Source of the DNA: an uncultured bacterium
GTDB taxonomy: Bacteria > Auribacterota > Erginobacteria > Erginobacterales > Erginobacteraceae
Assembly (NCBI GenBank): GCA_963822585.1
Contig: CAWGIE010000007.1
Span: forward strand, 32,001-96,000
Length of the DNA: 64,000 bases
Direction: 5' to 3'
Part shown: in pieces, positions 10,207 through 20,684 of the stretch
How positions within the stretch are numbered: the first letter of the stretch is position 1
Layout of the letters: the number at the start of each line of letters is the position of its first letter
The notes under the pieces: generated by a model
What the model was told of the DNA's origin: nothing
The model's database searches: none
The model's input: only the letters and a program-made list of their open reading frames with translations
Translations under genes and position numbers: made by a program

Positions 10207-10704
10207 TTATTTCGTAGAGTCGGGAAGAAGGGGGAGAAGCAGTTGTTCCAGCCCGGATAACGTCTTCTCGACGGCCGGACTCAGGGGAGCGCCCCAGTCG
10301 GTGCTGACGGCTTCAATCCCGAGGAGAAAAACGTCGACGCCGGTCTCCTTCTCCAGAAACTCCATGATCAGCGCCGGGGAAAGACCGTGGGTGCCGCAGG
10401 CGGCCGACTGCAACTGCTCCCGGTCCAGCAGGACCCAGCCTCTTCCCGTCTCCGCGTAGGGGCAGGCGTCGGCCAGAAGGATGACATCCGGCCGACCGGA
10501 CAGGACAGGACCGAGGTAATTCTCGGGGGCGGCTCCCCCGTCGACCACGCCGGCTTTGCCTCTCCCGATCAGCCGTCGGGCCAGGATCACCCCGGCCCCG
10601 TCGTCCCCCCGCTCGATATTCCCGATCCCGAGCAGGACAATCCTCTTCCCCGCCAGGGCTCGGAGTACGGATTGTGGACTATGTTCAATCTTAGACATAA
10701 TCAA
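10207..10704 (-). CDS. Hydrogenase maturation endopeptidase (HycI-like)
   Basis: GIGN..RGDDGAG, APENY, ADA, THGL motifs. Confidence 0.88.
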   Translation of the reverse strand: MIMSKIEHSPQSVLRALAGKRIVLLGIGNIERGDDGAGVILARRLIGRGKAGVVDGGAAPENYLGPVLSGRPDVILLADACPYAETGRGWVLLDREQLQSAACGTHGLSPALIMEFLEKETGVDVFLLGIEAVSTDWGAPLSPAVEKTLSGLEQLLLPLLPDSTK

Positions 10705-10909
10705 ACAGGCAGTTTTTCAATTGTGGGAGGGCCATCCTGGCCCGATTATAGGGTATTCAGCTAACGCTTCGAAGACGGTTGAACAATGCAATAGTGGAGC
10801 GGCGAGAACCAGCTTACCATTATTTCAATACTCCATCACTCCAACACTCCATCTTTTCGTGATTATATGCTTTTATCAGGAAGCAATGATGATTCATAAA
10901 TAATTTTAA

Positions 10910-11161
10910 CTATCGATACACTTCCCGGCGATGACCAATCGCGACAATAAGGATAGGTTTGGGCTTCTTGTCCAGCCGGTAAACAATCCGGAGAACGCCG
11001 ACCCGGTATCTCCGCAAGCCCCGGAATTCTCCCAGGAGCATCTCTCCCCGGAGCGGATCGTTACTCAAAACCCTCAAGGCATCGGCGCACCGTTTCTTCT
11101 CCTCCGCCGGCATTTTGTCGATCAATTTCCGGGCCCGTTTGGTGATAAATACCGGCGGCAT
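10910..11161 (-). CDS. RelE/ParE family toxin
   Basis: LRRYRVGVLRIVY..IGHRREVY; TAATG overlap with antitoxin. Confidence 0.88.
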   Translation of the reverse strand: MPPVFITKRARKLIDKMPAEEKKRCADALRVLSNDPLRGEMLLGEFRGLRRYRVGVLRIVYRLDKKPKPILIVAIGHRREVYR

Positions 11162-11430
11162 TACAGGGGCTCCTCGAATACTTCCTCGAAGGAATAAAAG
11201 GATTCCTCCTCGGCACACTTCAATCCCCCATGGATATCCTTGACCAGCGCCGGATCGGCCATGACGTCCAGGGTCGCGATCAGACTTCTGAACTCTTCGT
11301 AACTGATCAGGGCCGCCGCCGGTTCACCGCGCCGGGTGATGACGTAATGGTCGTGCACTTTCTCCACCTCACCGATCAGCGTCGGCAATCTTTTCCGGCA
11401 TTCACTTGCTGAGATGATCTGGGTAGTCAT
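11161..11430 (-). CDS. Phd/YefM family antitoxin
   Basis: ISASECRKRLPTLI..YVITRRGEPAAALIS; TTGACC-N17-TACGTT promoter with GTAC repeats upstream. Confidence 0.88.
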   Translation of the reverse strand: MTTQIISASECRKRLPTLIGEVEKVHDHYVITRRGEPAAALISYEEFRSLIATLDVMADPALVKDIHGGLKCAEEESFYSFEEVFEEPL

Positions 11431-11655
11431 GATTCCCTCCGATGAATTATAAGTACGGTATAACGTACTATAATGCGTACCATCGGTCAAGGATACATTT
11501 CTCGGGATTAATACCGGGGATTTATCTTGAGGAGGCCCCGGCGTGGAGAGTATTATTTTGTTAGGCCTGGTGGCGATATATCAATCATAAGGAGAGCTAC
11601 TCAACATGTCTCTCTGGATCTGCCAAATCGATAAGTATGTCTGGGAGTCGAGTAA

Positions 11656-13416
11656 GTGATAAAAATGGAAAACTCTAAATCCGACAGAGCCGGAAAAACC
11701 AGGTGGCTCTCTTATCTTCCCATTACTATAGGCGCAGCCTGGTGCCTGCTGGGTCTTCTCGTTCTCACCGTCTTTAATACCACCCTTGCCACCGCTTTAT
11801 TTTTACCGGTTTGCTTTCCGGCAAACGTAATCCTGCTGTTGATTCCCAATGCGATATTGTCTTCATTAGCAGTCCAAGGGTATTTTCCCGCAGCGGAACC
11901 GTTCCTTATCGTCATAATACCGTTACAAAATCTAATCCTGGGTTATATAGCTACCCTTATATACCGGAAATATCGGCGGAAAAACTTGTTTAGAAAAATA
12001 AGTCTGGTGGTGGAAGGTTTACTATTCCTCATCTACGTTATTTTCATCATCCCGCTGATTGAAGCTCTACAGATTGACGATCCTCATGCCGTTCAAAGAG
12101 CCTTTACTAAGCTCCAACAAGATAAAATAAATGCCGTCTCACCAAAAGTTAACGCGGCTACATACTATAAACAAGCAATCAAGATGGTGGGTAATATTGA
12201 TTTGGAAGCATTATGTCCAGGAGCTTTTTACCCTCCTCAAACTCCATGGAAAGCAGATGAATATCCGGCCTGGGCTAAATGGCTCGGCAATCATCAAGAG
12301 GTACTGGATCTCATTAAAGAAGGAGCTCAACAACCAACGTTGGCCGGTCCAATAACCGTCTTGGAACTACCAGATTACATGGATTGGTATCCTTCCGAGG
12401 ATGATGGGCAAGGAGCTTGGAAAGTCACTCAAATCGCGCAATTACAAACCGGTCTTTCCTTAGGTGAAAAAGGGATTGAAGAAAGTCTACCCCAGGTACT
12501 AACAACAATAAAAATGCTCGAACAATTTCATGAACCGGGATGGTTGATTACAGCAATCATCTATAGTGTCAGTGAAGATTCTTTCTCTCCATTATTGAGA
12601 GAAGCCTTGTTATCGGATTCTTTAAAGGCCCAAACCTGCCGAATACTTATAAAGGAACTGGAAAAATTAGATGCGATGCATGGCGACCTCCTCAAACAAA
12701 GCCTGCTCTTTGAATTAAACTTCAATAATCTTTGGCTATATGACCTTTATCGGACGCCGGCAGTTTTGAACCCTGGGGATTCGACACTTCAAAAAGTATT
12801 AGTAAGCCTGAGTTGGAGATTCAATACGTTACTTACTCCATTTTCGTCCACCATGGCATTGAGCAAGGACTGGCTGGACGCTCTGGATAACTTAATTTAT
12901 ACGCCTCAATATTCACCGGGCTATGATGAGGCGAAAAAACGATTTCAACTGGCCGGTGACCGTATAAATACAAATTGCTTTTTAGCATTTTCTTCTCCAA
13001 AATTTTATGACCTTGCTGATCAAGATCGACAGGCAAATGCCGAGCGAAGATTAACCATACTTCTGGCGGGACTACGATTGTATCGGTTGGAGAACGGCAT
13101 CTATCCAGAAAGTCTGGATCAGTTGGTCCCGGACTATCTCACCATTTTGCCCCCCGATCCCCTTTCAGATAAGCCCTGGATATATAAGAAAGAAAACGGG
13201 GAAATCACCATTGCTTCCAATAAAGGGGATGGAGAAGTTATATCGTTCTGCTTCCCGGACGAGTCTATCGAAGAGCAACCCGGGAAGAAGGATAAAAATC
13301 AAACAACATCTACTGGAAGACTACGCTCTGTTGAGATGTGGACTGACGAAGAGGTTGAACGGTGGGAAGGTGAATCCGGTGCCAAATTCCCCGGCGATCT
13401 CGATCCGATTCATTGA
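11656..13416 (+). CDS. Hypothetical membrane-anchored protein (AT-rich)
   Basis: 586-aa ORF with N-terminal TMs and GspG-like C-terminal motif LYRLENGIYPESLDQLVPDYL..PPDP. Confidence 0.65.
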   Translation: MIKMENSKSDRAGKTRWLSYLPITIGAAWCLLGLLVLTVFNTTLATALFLPVCFPANVILLLIPNAILSSLAVQGYFPAAEPFLIVIIPLQNLILGYIATLIYRKYRRKNLFRKISLVVEGLLFLIYVIFIIPLIEALQIDDPHAVQRAFTKLQQDKINAVSPKVNAATYYKQAIKMVGNIDLEALCPGAFYPPQTPWKADEYPAWAKWLGNHQEVLDLIKEGAQQPTLAGPITVLELPDYMDWYPSEDDGQGAWKVTQIAQLQTGLSLGEKGIEESLPQVLTTIKMLEQFHEPGWLITAIIYSVSEDSFSPLLREALLSDSLKAQTCRILIKELEKLDAMHGDLLKQSLLFELNFNNLWLYDLYRTPAVLNPGDSTLQKVLVSLSWRFNTLLTPFSSTMALSKDWLDALDNLIYTPQYSPGYDEAKKRFQLAGDRINTNCFLAFSSPKFYDLADQDRQANAERRLTILLAGLRLYRLENGIYPESLDQLVPDYLTILPPDPLSDKPWIYKKENGEITIASNKGDGEVISFCFPDESIEEQPGKKDKNQTTSTGRLRSVEMWTDEEVERWEGESGAKFPGDLDPIH

Positions 13417-13479
13417 TATAAAACCAAATCAATAATCCCTCTCCCAAAGTCGCGGGCAGGAAGGAATAGGAATATACCG

Positions 13480-13832
13480 GTGAAGCGGCCACCATGTGTA
13501 ATATGGGCAACTGTAGTAATGGGGTTATTTGTCGTTACAAACCTCTTAATTCTCGTAATTGACCGAGATGCGCTTGATACATCAGATATAATTCTAAGGC
13601 TCATATTCTATCCCGGAATGTTCCTGGTGGGTTTCATCGCATTGTTAATGCGTGCCAGGTGGGCAAAACTCTATTCAATAATTGTTTTCTCTCTCTGTGC
13701 AGTAGGATTAGCAATTGTAAGTATTATTAATATTATTAATGATGAAGGAGTGTGTATAATTATTATTAGTATAATTATCGGTAGTTTTCTTGGTTTGCTG
13801 GTTTACTCCCTAATTCACAGTAAGAGAGCTAA
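13480..13832 (+). pseudogene. Small membrane protein interrupted by IS; C-terminus continues at 15847-15881
   Basis: Removing the IS restores ..HSKRAKQYFSLTLEE*. Confidence 0.7.
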
Positions 13833-15846
13833 CCCGACTTTCGCAATTGGACCTATTTTTGAGTCGTAACTCCCTGCAAATCAACAAAACCTTCCCAAAG
13901 GTCTGTACTACATTTCCACTGCTCTTTTTGCAGTTATCTTCGGCGGAGGCTGTTTCGGCAACCGCCAGTCCAGCTGGCTGAGCAGTAGTTGCTGTTCCTT
14001 TTCCGGCTGGGTATACCGGGTAAATATCAACTCCCTGCCGTCAGTGGTGGGGAAGTGCACGTCCAGCATCTGCATCGCCCCCAGACTGTCCAACGCCTGC
14101 CTCACCGTCAGACCCGGCGCTCTCTGCCGCAACCTCTGGCGGAGGGTAACGTGAATACAGTACGCGAGGAAGGCGAGGAAAATATGGGCCTCGATCCGGT
14201 CCTCTCTCTGATGGAAGATGGGACGCAATGCCATATCGCCTTTCAGGTTTTTGAAGGCATTCTCTACTTCCACCAGGAGCAGGTAGAACTCCCAGAGCTT
14301 CCCCGGGTCGGTCTCGACCAGATTTGAACGCAGTAAATATCTCCCCTCTCTGCGGCGCACCGCCCGCAGCTTCTCTTTGTTGAGACTGTAGGTGAATGAC
14401 ACCCGCCGGGACCGCATCTTTTTCTCCGGAGGATCGGGCAATTCAACCTCAACCAGAGACCAGACCCGTCCGGCATCTTTTTTTGCCCCGCCCAACTTCA
14501 AAAGCAGGTTTTCATATGTCGGCCGCTGACGTCGCAATTCCTTCAAGCGCGCCCACAGCCGTTTAAGCCGCCGCCGGCGCATCGATCTTTCCTTGCCCAC
14601 CCGGGGCCGGCTCTGCACCCAGACATAAAGATCATCATCACGGGGCAAGAGTTTGACCTGAACTTCCGGTCTCGCTTCCTGCCAGGGCCGGTTCAACAAC
14701 TCTTTCTCCAGTTTGGTGAGTCTTCCCTTGGGGGTCCCGACCAGGTAAAGCATCCCCCGTTCTCTCATCCAGGCCAGGTGCTCTTCGGTCGGGATCCCCC
14801 GATCCATCAGCCAGATCCGTCGGGCCTTGCCATATCTCGATTCGATCTTCTTCAGGAAATCCGGCAGAGTGGCGTTGTCCCTGGTGTTCCCCGGCATAAC
14901 CTCGTAGGCCAGGGGAAATCCTTCCGGTGTCACCACCAGGGCGATCACTACCTGCACGCAATCGGGCCGATGATCCCGGCTGTAGCCATATCTCCTTTTA
15001 TCGTTCTTGTCGAAAGGCGGGTCGCTCTCAAAATAGGTGCTGGTCAGGTCGTATAAGATCACGTCGTAGGTGATCCCGAAAAGATCGTGCCAGCGCTCAG
15101 CCAGAAAACTGAATAAATCCTCCTTGTGTTCCAGAAGCCTGTCCAGACACCGATAAAGTTTATCCTTGGCGACCAGGGAGAAATCTTCTCCCAGCAGATC
15201 TCCCATCGCGCTCCGCTTGTACCATTGCCGGTGAAGGCGCCACTCGCTGCCGGGGTCAATCAAGCGATACGCCGCCAGGACCATTAATACCCGGTACCAC
15301 GATGTTCCTTTGCGGCTGTCCTTCAGACGCTCGCTCCAGAATCGATCCAGTTCCAACTCGTCCCAGATCCGACAAAATGCCCAACAGGCTCCCCATTGCC
15401 TCGGCCGCCGCAGCGTGAACTCTTCCAGGCAAACTTGCACCCCCTGATCGCTCGCGTACTCCGGTATGGCGCGATCAGATGGAAACAGGGCCAGCTTCGT
15501 CTGGCACCTTTGCTTAACATCGAATGCGTCGATACACCGTAACCAGGACTCTTGCTGACTGTCGTTAATCTCTCCCAGGTACAGGATGTGGCGATCAACC
15601 ACCCGACCGCCCCGGCAGCGGTGCTTCTCCGCAATGCTCCAGTAGCGGTGTTCCTTCCCATCTTTGAATCGGCGATGACACTTCAGGTACATGGTGGAGA
15701 CAAAATATAGTAATCTCCCTGTACCTGACAAGGGGGTAGGTCTGTACCACAAACACTTTTAAAAATCCGGTTGTTGTCGTACAATGACTTCTGTTAATTG
15801 ACCCCCCGAAAATAGTTGTTTTTAAGGCCCAATTGCGAAAGTCGGG
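13833..15846 (-). mobile_element. IS1634-family insertion sequence
   Basis: 18-bp terminal IRs CCCGACTTTCGCAATTGG / CCAATTGCGAAAGTCGGG; CTAA direct repeat on both flanks. Confidence 0.9.
13908..15692 (-). CDS. IS1634-family DDE transposase
   Basis: YDLTSTYFE, GYSRDHRPDC.Q, MDRG, VENAFKNLK..LRPIFH..RIEAHIF. Confidence 0.92.
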   Translation of the reverse strand: MYLKCHRRFKDGKEHRYWSIAEKHRCRGGRVVDRHILYLGEINDSQQESWLRCIDAFDVKQRCQTKLALFPSDRAIPEYASDQGVQVCLEEFTLRRPRQWGACWAFCRIWDELELDRFWSERLKDSRKGTSWYRVLMVLAAYRLIDPGSEWRLHRQWYKRSAMGDLLGEDFSLVAKDKLYRCLDRLLEHKEDLFSFLAERWHDLFGITYDVILYDLTSTYFESDPPFDKNDKRRYGYSRDHRPDCVQVVIALVVTPEGFPLAYEVMPGNTRDNATLPDFLKKIESRYGKARRIWLMDRGIPTEEHLAWMRERGMLYLVGTPKGRLTKLEKELLNRPWQEARPEVQVKLLPRDDDLYVWVQSRPRVGKERSMRRRRLKRLWARLKELRRQRPTYENLLLKLGGAKKDAGRVWSLVEVELPDPPEKKMRSRRVSFTYSLNKEKLRAVRRREGRYLLRSNLVETDPGKLWEFYLLLVEVENAFKNLKGDMALRPIFHQREDRIEAHIFLAFLAYCIHVTLRQRLRQRAPGLTVRQALDSLGAMQMLDVHFPTTDGRELIFTRYTQPEKEQQLLLSQLDWRLPKQPPPKITAKRAVEM

Positions 15847-16487
15847 CTAAGCAGTATTTTTCCTTAACCCTGGAGGAATAAGGATCAACAATTCCATAAA
15901 TTAATACCCCACCCCCCTTTAATTGTAGGGGGTCGGGTTTCCTTCAAGCAGGGCTGAAGCCCTGCACTACGAACGGGGATGGCTGAATAACCAATGACCA
16001 ATTTCCAAATTCAACTCTCAACATCCAACACTCAACTTTCAACGTTCAATAAAATCGTCTTGTCCCAAAATCGTCCTGTCAAATTGAAGGGGGAGAGGCC
16101 GAGGGAGTAATTCCTATTCAATCACATTCGATCGTCTGTTTCCCAGGGGGCGAGGCAGGGGGAAAACAGTGGTCAGTGATCAGTAATCAGTGATCAGAAA
16201 GCGGTAAGCCGTGTCCGGCAGGGGCGATAATCAGTGGAATCTGTAAAAACTTGTGGTGAGCGAAGTCGAATCCATCTGTGGTCCAAAAAAGGGCGTGAGG
16301 TAGAGGGAGCTTTTGCGCTTTTTGCGCCTTTTTGCGGCTATTAAAGGGGGCGCGGCGGGGGAGGAATAAAACTGAACGTCGAACATCCAACGTTCAACGC
16401 TCAACGTTCAACGAAAAGAAGGCGAGGCAAGTGGCGTTTCGTGTAATTCGCGAAATTCGTAGTTCTTATTAAAGGGCGCCCGAGGGG

Positions 16488-17087
16488 TTAAGGGCGGTCG
16501 GAGAGGACGGCCTCGCGCTTGCAGCGCGGGCAGAGGACCCGCATCCGGTCGGCCCGGGTTATCTCCCGGTCGAGCTTCTCGGGCGGGGGGGTCCGGTCTT
16601 CGCGGGAGCCCAAAAAAACGGTGGGGTTGGTAAAGGCGAGGGAGCCCAGTTTCTCGTAGATCCAGCGGAGATGGTCCCGGGTGGTGACGATCTCTCCGCA
16701 ATCCTCGCAGAGCACCAGATCTTTCTTGATGGTCTCGATCGACTCGTCGCGCTCGACACAGACCTGGTCGTATTCGATCGTGTGGTTGCAGCCGGTCAGG
16801 GTGGTGCAGAGGGCATGGCACTGCCCGCAGTAGATGCACATCCCGTAGCGCCGGATCATCTCCCGCCGGGGATTCGTCCCGGCCGGCGTGTCGACGATCT
16901 CGATCGCCCCCGGGGGGCAGACCTGGGCGCAGGCCCCGCAGCCGACGCAGACGGAGTCATCCCACTTCATCTGGCCCCGATAGGTGTCGAAGGGGACGGA
17001 GGGCTTTTTCGGGAAGGGAAGCGTGTACGGCCCCTTGATGACCGCCTTGATCGCTTCACCCAGTTCTCTTATCTTTGGAAGCTTCAT
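16488..17087 (-). CDS. 2[4Fe-4S] subunit, NuoI/MbhN-like
   Basis: CVGCGACAQVCP, CIYCGQCHALC, extra CEDC/CPRC. Confidence 0.85.
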   Translation of the reverse strand: MKLPKIRELGEAIKAVIKGPYTLPFPKKPSVPFDTYRGQMKWDDSVCVGCGACAQVCPPGAIEIVDTPAGTNPRREMIRRYGMCIYCGQCHALCTTLTGCNHTIEYDQVCVERDESIETIKKDLVLCEDCGEIVTTRDHLRWIYEKLGSLAFTNPTVFLGSREDRTPPPEKLDREITRADRMRVLCPRCKREAVLSDRP

Positions 17088-17102
17088 TAGCTCACTTTTA
17101 TT

Positions 17103-17196
17103 ACCACTAAGACACGAAGACACTAAGGTAACTGATGAATAGGAGTTTAGTTTATATTCTTCTCTCTTTTCTTTGTGTCTTGGTGTCTTGGTGGTT
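17103..17196. repeat. Inverted 8-mer tandem-repeat arms
   Basis: ACCACTAAGACACGAAGACACTAAG ... CTTTGTGTCTTGGTGTCTTGGTGGT; second copy 17820-17956. Confidence 0.85.
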
Positions 17197-17207
17197 ATTA
17201 AAGGGGA

Positions 17208-17537
17208 TTAACTCTCCTTATCGTCCTCGTATTTATCGCAGACGCTCTTCGGCCAGAGTTTAATCCCTGACTTGTGGGCCCCCCGGGCCAGGGCGTGGGC
17301 GGCGGTGGGCGAGGTCAGGAAAATAAAGGTCAGGCAGAGGAGCGCCTTTAGGCCGGTCGGACTGATCCCCCTGATCAGGAGGACGCCGGCCAGGATGAAA
17401 CCCGACCCCAGGGTAACGCACTTGGTCGAGGCCTGGAGACGATTATAGATATCGGGGAGACGGTAAAGGCCCACGCAGCCGAAGAAATCGAAGAGCACCC
17501 CGATACAGAGCAGTATTATTCCGATAACCTCATTCAT
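17208..17537 (-). CDS. mnhG: Mrp/Mnh antiporter subunit G
   Basis: RLPDIYNRLQASTKCVTLG; TSPTAAHALARGA. Confidence 0.88.
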   Translation of the reverse strand: MNEVIGIILLCIGVLFDFFGCVGLYRLPDIYNRLQASTKCVTLGSGFILAGVLLIRGISPTGLKALLCLTFIFLTSPTAAHALARGAHKSGIKLWPKSVCDKYEDDKES

Positions 17538-17793
17538 CGAATCCCTTCCCTTCCAGATGCTTGGCCAATGCGATCGTGCCGATAAAGCTGAGCAGCGACC
17601 AGGCGATGGCGATATCCATGTAAAAGTCCGTGCCGTAAATGAGGGAGAGAACGGCGCAGAAACCGACGATCACCATCCCCAGAATGTCGATGGCGACCGT
17701 CCGGTCGGGCGCGGTCGGGCCTCTTCCTATCCGGGAGAGACAGAGAAACATCGACCCCGTCAGAACAGCCAGCGCGCTGTAAAAAATAATCAT
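17530..17793 (-). CDS. mnhF: Mrp/Mnh antiporter subunit F
   Basis: GPTAPDRTVAID; LSFIGTIALAK. Confidence 0.88.
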   Translation of the reverse strand: MIIFYSALAVLTGSMFLCLSRIGRGPTAPDRTVAIDILGMVIVGFCAVLSLIYGTDFYMDIAIAWSLLSFIGTIALAKHLEGKGFDE

Positions 17794-17962
17794 ACCGTCA
17801 CTCTTCTCTTTTTTTAATTACCACTAAGACACGAAGACACTAAGGAAATCTAATAGAATATTTATTTAAAATTTTTCTCTCTTTTCTTCGTGTCTTAGTG
17901 TCTTTGTGGTTATTCTATTTAATTTCTTTTCTTGGTGCCTTGGTGTCTTGGTGGCGAATTAT

Positions 17963-18508
17963 TTATTCGAAAATTTTCTTCAGGATTTTCTCGAAATGGT
18001 AAACGATCTTCTTTGTCGCCCCCTCGATATCCTCCGCCCTGACAACGATCCAATGGACATACAGGTAGGTGTCGCCCGTCTCGCCCTCTTCCGGCATCTT
18101 CAGATCGACCGTAAGCGTCCCCGGGGTCAGGGTGATCGAGTTGCAGAGGGCGGTGATCGCTCCCGGCGACTTCAGACTGGTCCTGACCTTGACGATCCCG
18201 GGGTTGATCGGCATCCGGGGATGGATAACCCGATAAAGCACGTCCAGGTTGGAGAGAAGACAATACCAGAAGAAATAGGGGATATACACGATCACCCAGA
18301 ACCATCTCCTCGGGGAGAAAAACCTGATCGTCCCCGGCAAAAATAAGCGTCCGGTAAAAATCGCCACCGCCGCCGCCACAATCACTCCCAGGACAATCCC
18401 CTGCCAGATCCGGGAGGATGCCTTTTCCGGACCGGGATACCCGAGCATCAGCCAGATGATGAGTAAGACGATGAATAACCAGACGATTTTTGTTTTTCCC
18501 TGCTTCAT
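17963..18508 (-). CDS. mnhE: Mrp/Mnh antiporter subunit E
   Basis: INPGIVKV; NSITLTPGTLTVD; LYVHW. Confidence 0.9.
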   Translation of the reverse strand: MKQGKTKIVWLFIVLLIIWLMLGYPGPEKASSRIWQGIVLGVIVAAAVAIFTGRLFLPGTIRFFSPRRWFWVIVYIPYFFWYCLLSNLDVLYRVIHPRMPINPGIVKVRTSLKSPGAITALCNSITLTPGTLTVDLKMPEEGETGDTYLYVHWIVVRAEDIEGATKKIVYHFEKILKKIFE

Positions 18509-18510
18509 TG

Positions 18511-18660
18511 TAAATTAGCGCCTCCGGCGCTAATTTAGAAGAATTGCATTTTATATAATATAAAATAAATCGTTAACAACTCGAGAAACAGTTCACATCC
18601 AACTGATCAAGCCATAACGGCAAGCCTTTAGTATCATAAAACAAAAACTAACTATTTTTA
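18511..18660. repeat. ~150-bp dispersed element with TAAATTAGCGCC palindrome
   Basis: Homologous copies at 20146-20291 and 46159-46310. Confidence 0.75.
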
Positions 18661-18667
18661 CTTTTGT

Positions 18668-20143
18668 TTACTGCCCGAGGACAAACCGGGAATAAGCGGA
18701 GGCGTTTTCCAGGACCCGGACCGCCGGCATCAGCACCAGTTTCGCTACCGACGGTATCAGCAGCAGCCCCAGGCCCACGCAAAGCACCGCCATCACGATC
18801 ATGGAAAAAGCCATCAGGCCTTTCCGTTCCCGGATCGATTCCAGCCTTCGCGGCAGCTTGCCGAAGAAGGCGTATCTCTGGACCTTCAGGAACGACGCCA
18901 GCGTCAATATTGAAACCACGATCGCCAGGATGGCGTAAAAGAGTTGTCCGGCCTGGAGACAGGCGACGACGATGATCAGCTTGCTCCAGAATCCGTTGAA
19001 CGGCGGCAACCCCGCGATGGAGAATGAGGCTATCGCGCAGGTGGTCCCGGTTACCGGCATTTTCTCCCGCAGGCCGCCCATCTCCTTCAGCTGCCGGGTA
19101 TGGGCGGTGTACTCGATCGCCCCGGAATTGAAGAAGAGAAGCGATTTGAAGACCGAGTGATTGACCAGGTGGAAGATACCTCCGAGGAACCCCAGAGGCG
19201 TCCCCAGGCCGATGCCCACCATCACGTAGCCCAGCTGGCTGATACTGTGGTAGGCAAGCAAACGCTTGAAGTCCCACTGACCGAGCGCCAGGAGAACCCC
19301 GATCAGCATCGAGAGGCCGCCCAAGACCAGAAAGATATGGAAGATGATGGGAGGCGCGCCGAAGACACAGAAGAAAATCCTGATCAGAGCGTAAATCCCC
19401 AGGATCTTGATCAAAATGCCGGAGAGCATGGCCGAGATGGGGGCCGGAGCGGATGGATGGGCGTCCGGAAGCCAGGTATGAAAGGGGACCAGGGCCGCTT
19501 TGATCGAGAACCCGGCCAGGAAGAGGGCCATCGCGAAGAGCAGGATCGGTCGCCGGCCGTCCCCGTTTTCAATCATCCGGGAAAGATACGCCATATTCAG
19601 ATTGCCGAGCTGGCTGTACAGCAACCCGATCCCGATTAAAATGGCCAGCGATCCCAGAGTGCCCAGGATCATGTACTTGAAAGAAGCCTCTACCTCTTCA
19701 GCCTCGCAGCCGAAAGCAACCAGAGCGTAAGCCGCGATCGAGGCGATCTCGAGGAAGACATAGAGATTGAAGATATCACCGGTCAGGACCACCCCGCTCA
19801 TCCCGGCCACCATAAGGAGAAAGAGGCTGAGATAGCGGACCTTGGCGGTGTACATCTCCATGTAGGGCAGGGAAAAAAGAATCGCCGTCGTACTGACCAG
19901 ATAGATCAGTATCAGAAGCAGCCCGCTCAGGCCGTCCAGAACCAGGTTGATCCCGAAAGGAGGCATCCAGCCTCCCATCACGCAGATACCGGAGCGCCCA
20001 AGCAGGGAGAGAGAGAGCCCCAGGGGGAGGAGACAGGATAGGACCGCGATCAGGGAGGAGACCCCAGCCGGCAGTTTCCGGAGAAACGGAATCAGAAAGG
20101 CCGCCCCGAGAGGGATAGCTATAAATAGGATGAGGACGTTCAT
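18668..20143 (-). CDS. mnhD: Mrp/Mnh antiporter subunit D
   Basis: DIFNLYVFLEI, PFHTWLPDAHPSAP, LLAYHSISQ, GLPPFNGFWSK. Confidence 0.88.
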   Translation of the reverse strand: MNVLILFIAIPLGAAFLIPFLRKLPAGVSSLIAVLSCLLPLGLSLSLLGRSGICVMGGWMPPFGINLVLDGLSGLLLILIYLVSTTAILFSLPYMEMYTAKVRYLSLFLLMVAGMSGVVLTGDIFNLYVFLEIASIAAYALVAFGCEAEEVEASFKYMILGTLGSLAILIGIGLLYSQLGNLNMAYLSRMIENGDGRRPILLFAMALFLAGFSIKAALVPFHTWLPDAHPSAPAPISAMLSGILIKILGIYALIRIFFCVFGAPPIIFHIFLVLGGLSMLIGVLLALGQWDFKRLLAYHSISQLGYVMVGIGLGTPLGFLGGIFHLVNHSVFKSLLFFNSGAIEYTAHTRQLKEMGGLREKMPVTGTTCAIASFSIAGLPPFNGFWSKLIIVVACLQAGQLFYAILAIVVSILTLASFLKVQRYAFFGKLPRRLESIRERKGLMAFSMIVMAVLCVGLGLLLIPSVAKLVLMPAVRVLENASAYSRFVLGQ

Positions 20144-20333
20144 TATAAATTAACGCCTCCGGCGTTAATTTAGCGAATTATTATCTTTTAAATATAATAA
20201 CGATTGATAGAAGTCAAAAAATCAGTTCGAGTCTAACTGCTCAATCCGCAACGGTGAACCCTTGGTAACATAAGGCAAAAACTTAATCTTTTGTTGTGGT
20301 TGCTTTTCGCTTAATTAATGCCGAAGGCATTAA

Positions 20334-20681
20334 TTAACCCTTCAGCTTGTTCATCTTGGTCAGGTCGAACGTCCCGTACCGCTCGTAGAGTCGGATGCAG
20401 ATGACCACCATCATCGCCAGGATTCCGAGACCGATCACAATCGAGGTCAGTACCAGCGCCTGGGGGAGAGGATCGACCGAGCGCGCCGCCAGATCGGCGG
20501 CGTTCATCCCCTCTGAGGCGATCGGCGGTATGCCCTGCTTCTGGTATCCGAGCAAAATCAAAAAGAGATTCACGGCGTATTCCATGATGGCAACGCCGAG
20601 CACGATCTTGACCACGTTCTTCTTGACGATGACGGCGTAGAGGCCGACCATGAACAGAACTAAGCAGAGCGCGTACAGCAT
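20334..20681 (-). CDS. mnhC: Mrp/Mnh antiporter subunit C
   Basis: DPLPQALVLTSIVIG. Confidence 0.9.
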   Translation of the reverse strand: MLYALCLVLFMVGLYAVIVKKNVVKIVLGVAIMEYAVNLFLILLGYQKQGIPPIASEGMNAADLAARSVDPLPQALVLTSIVIGLGILAMMVVICIRLYERYGTFDLTKMNKLKG

Positions 20682-20684
20682 CTT

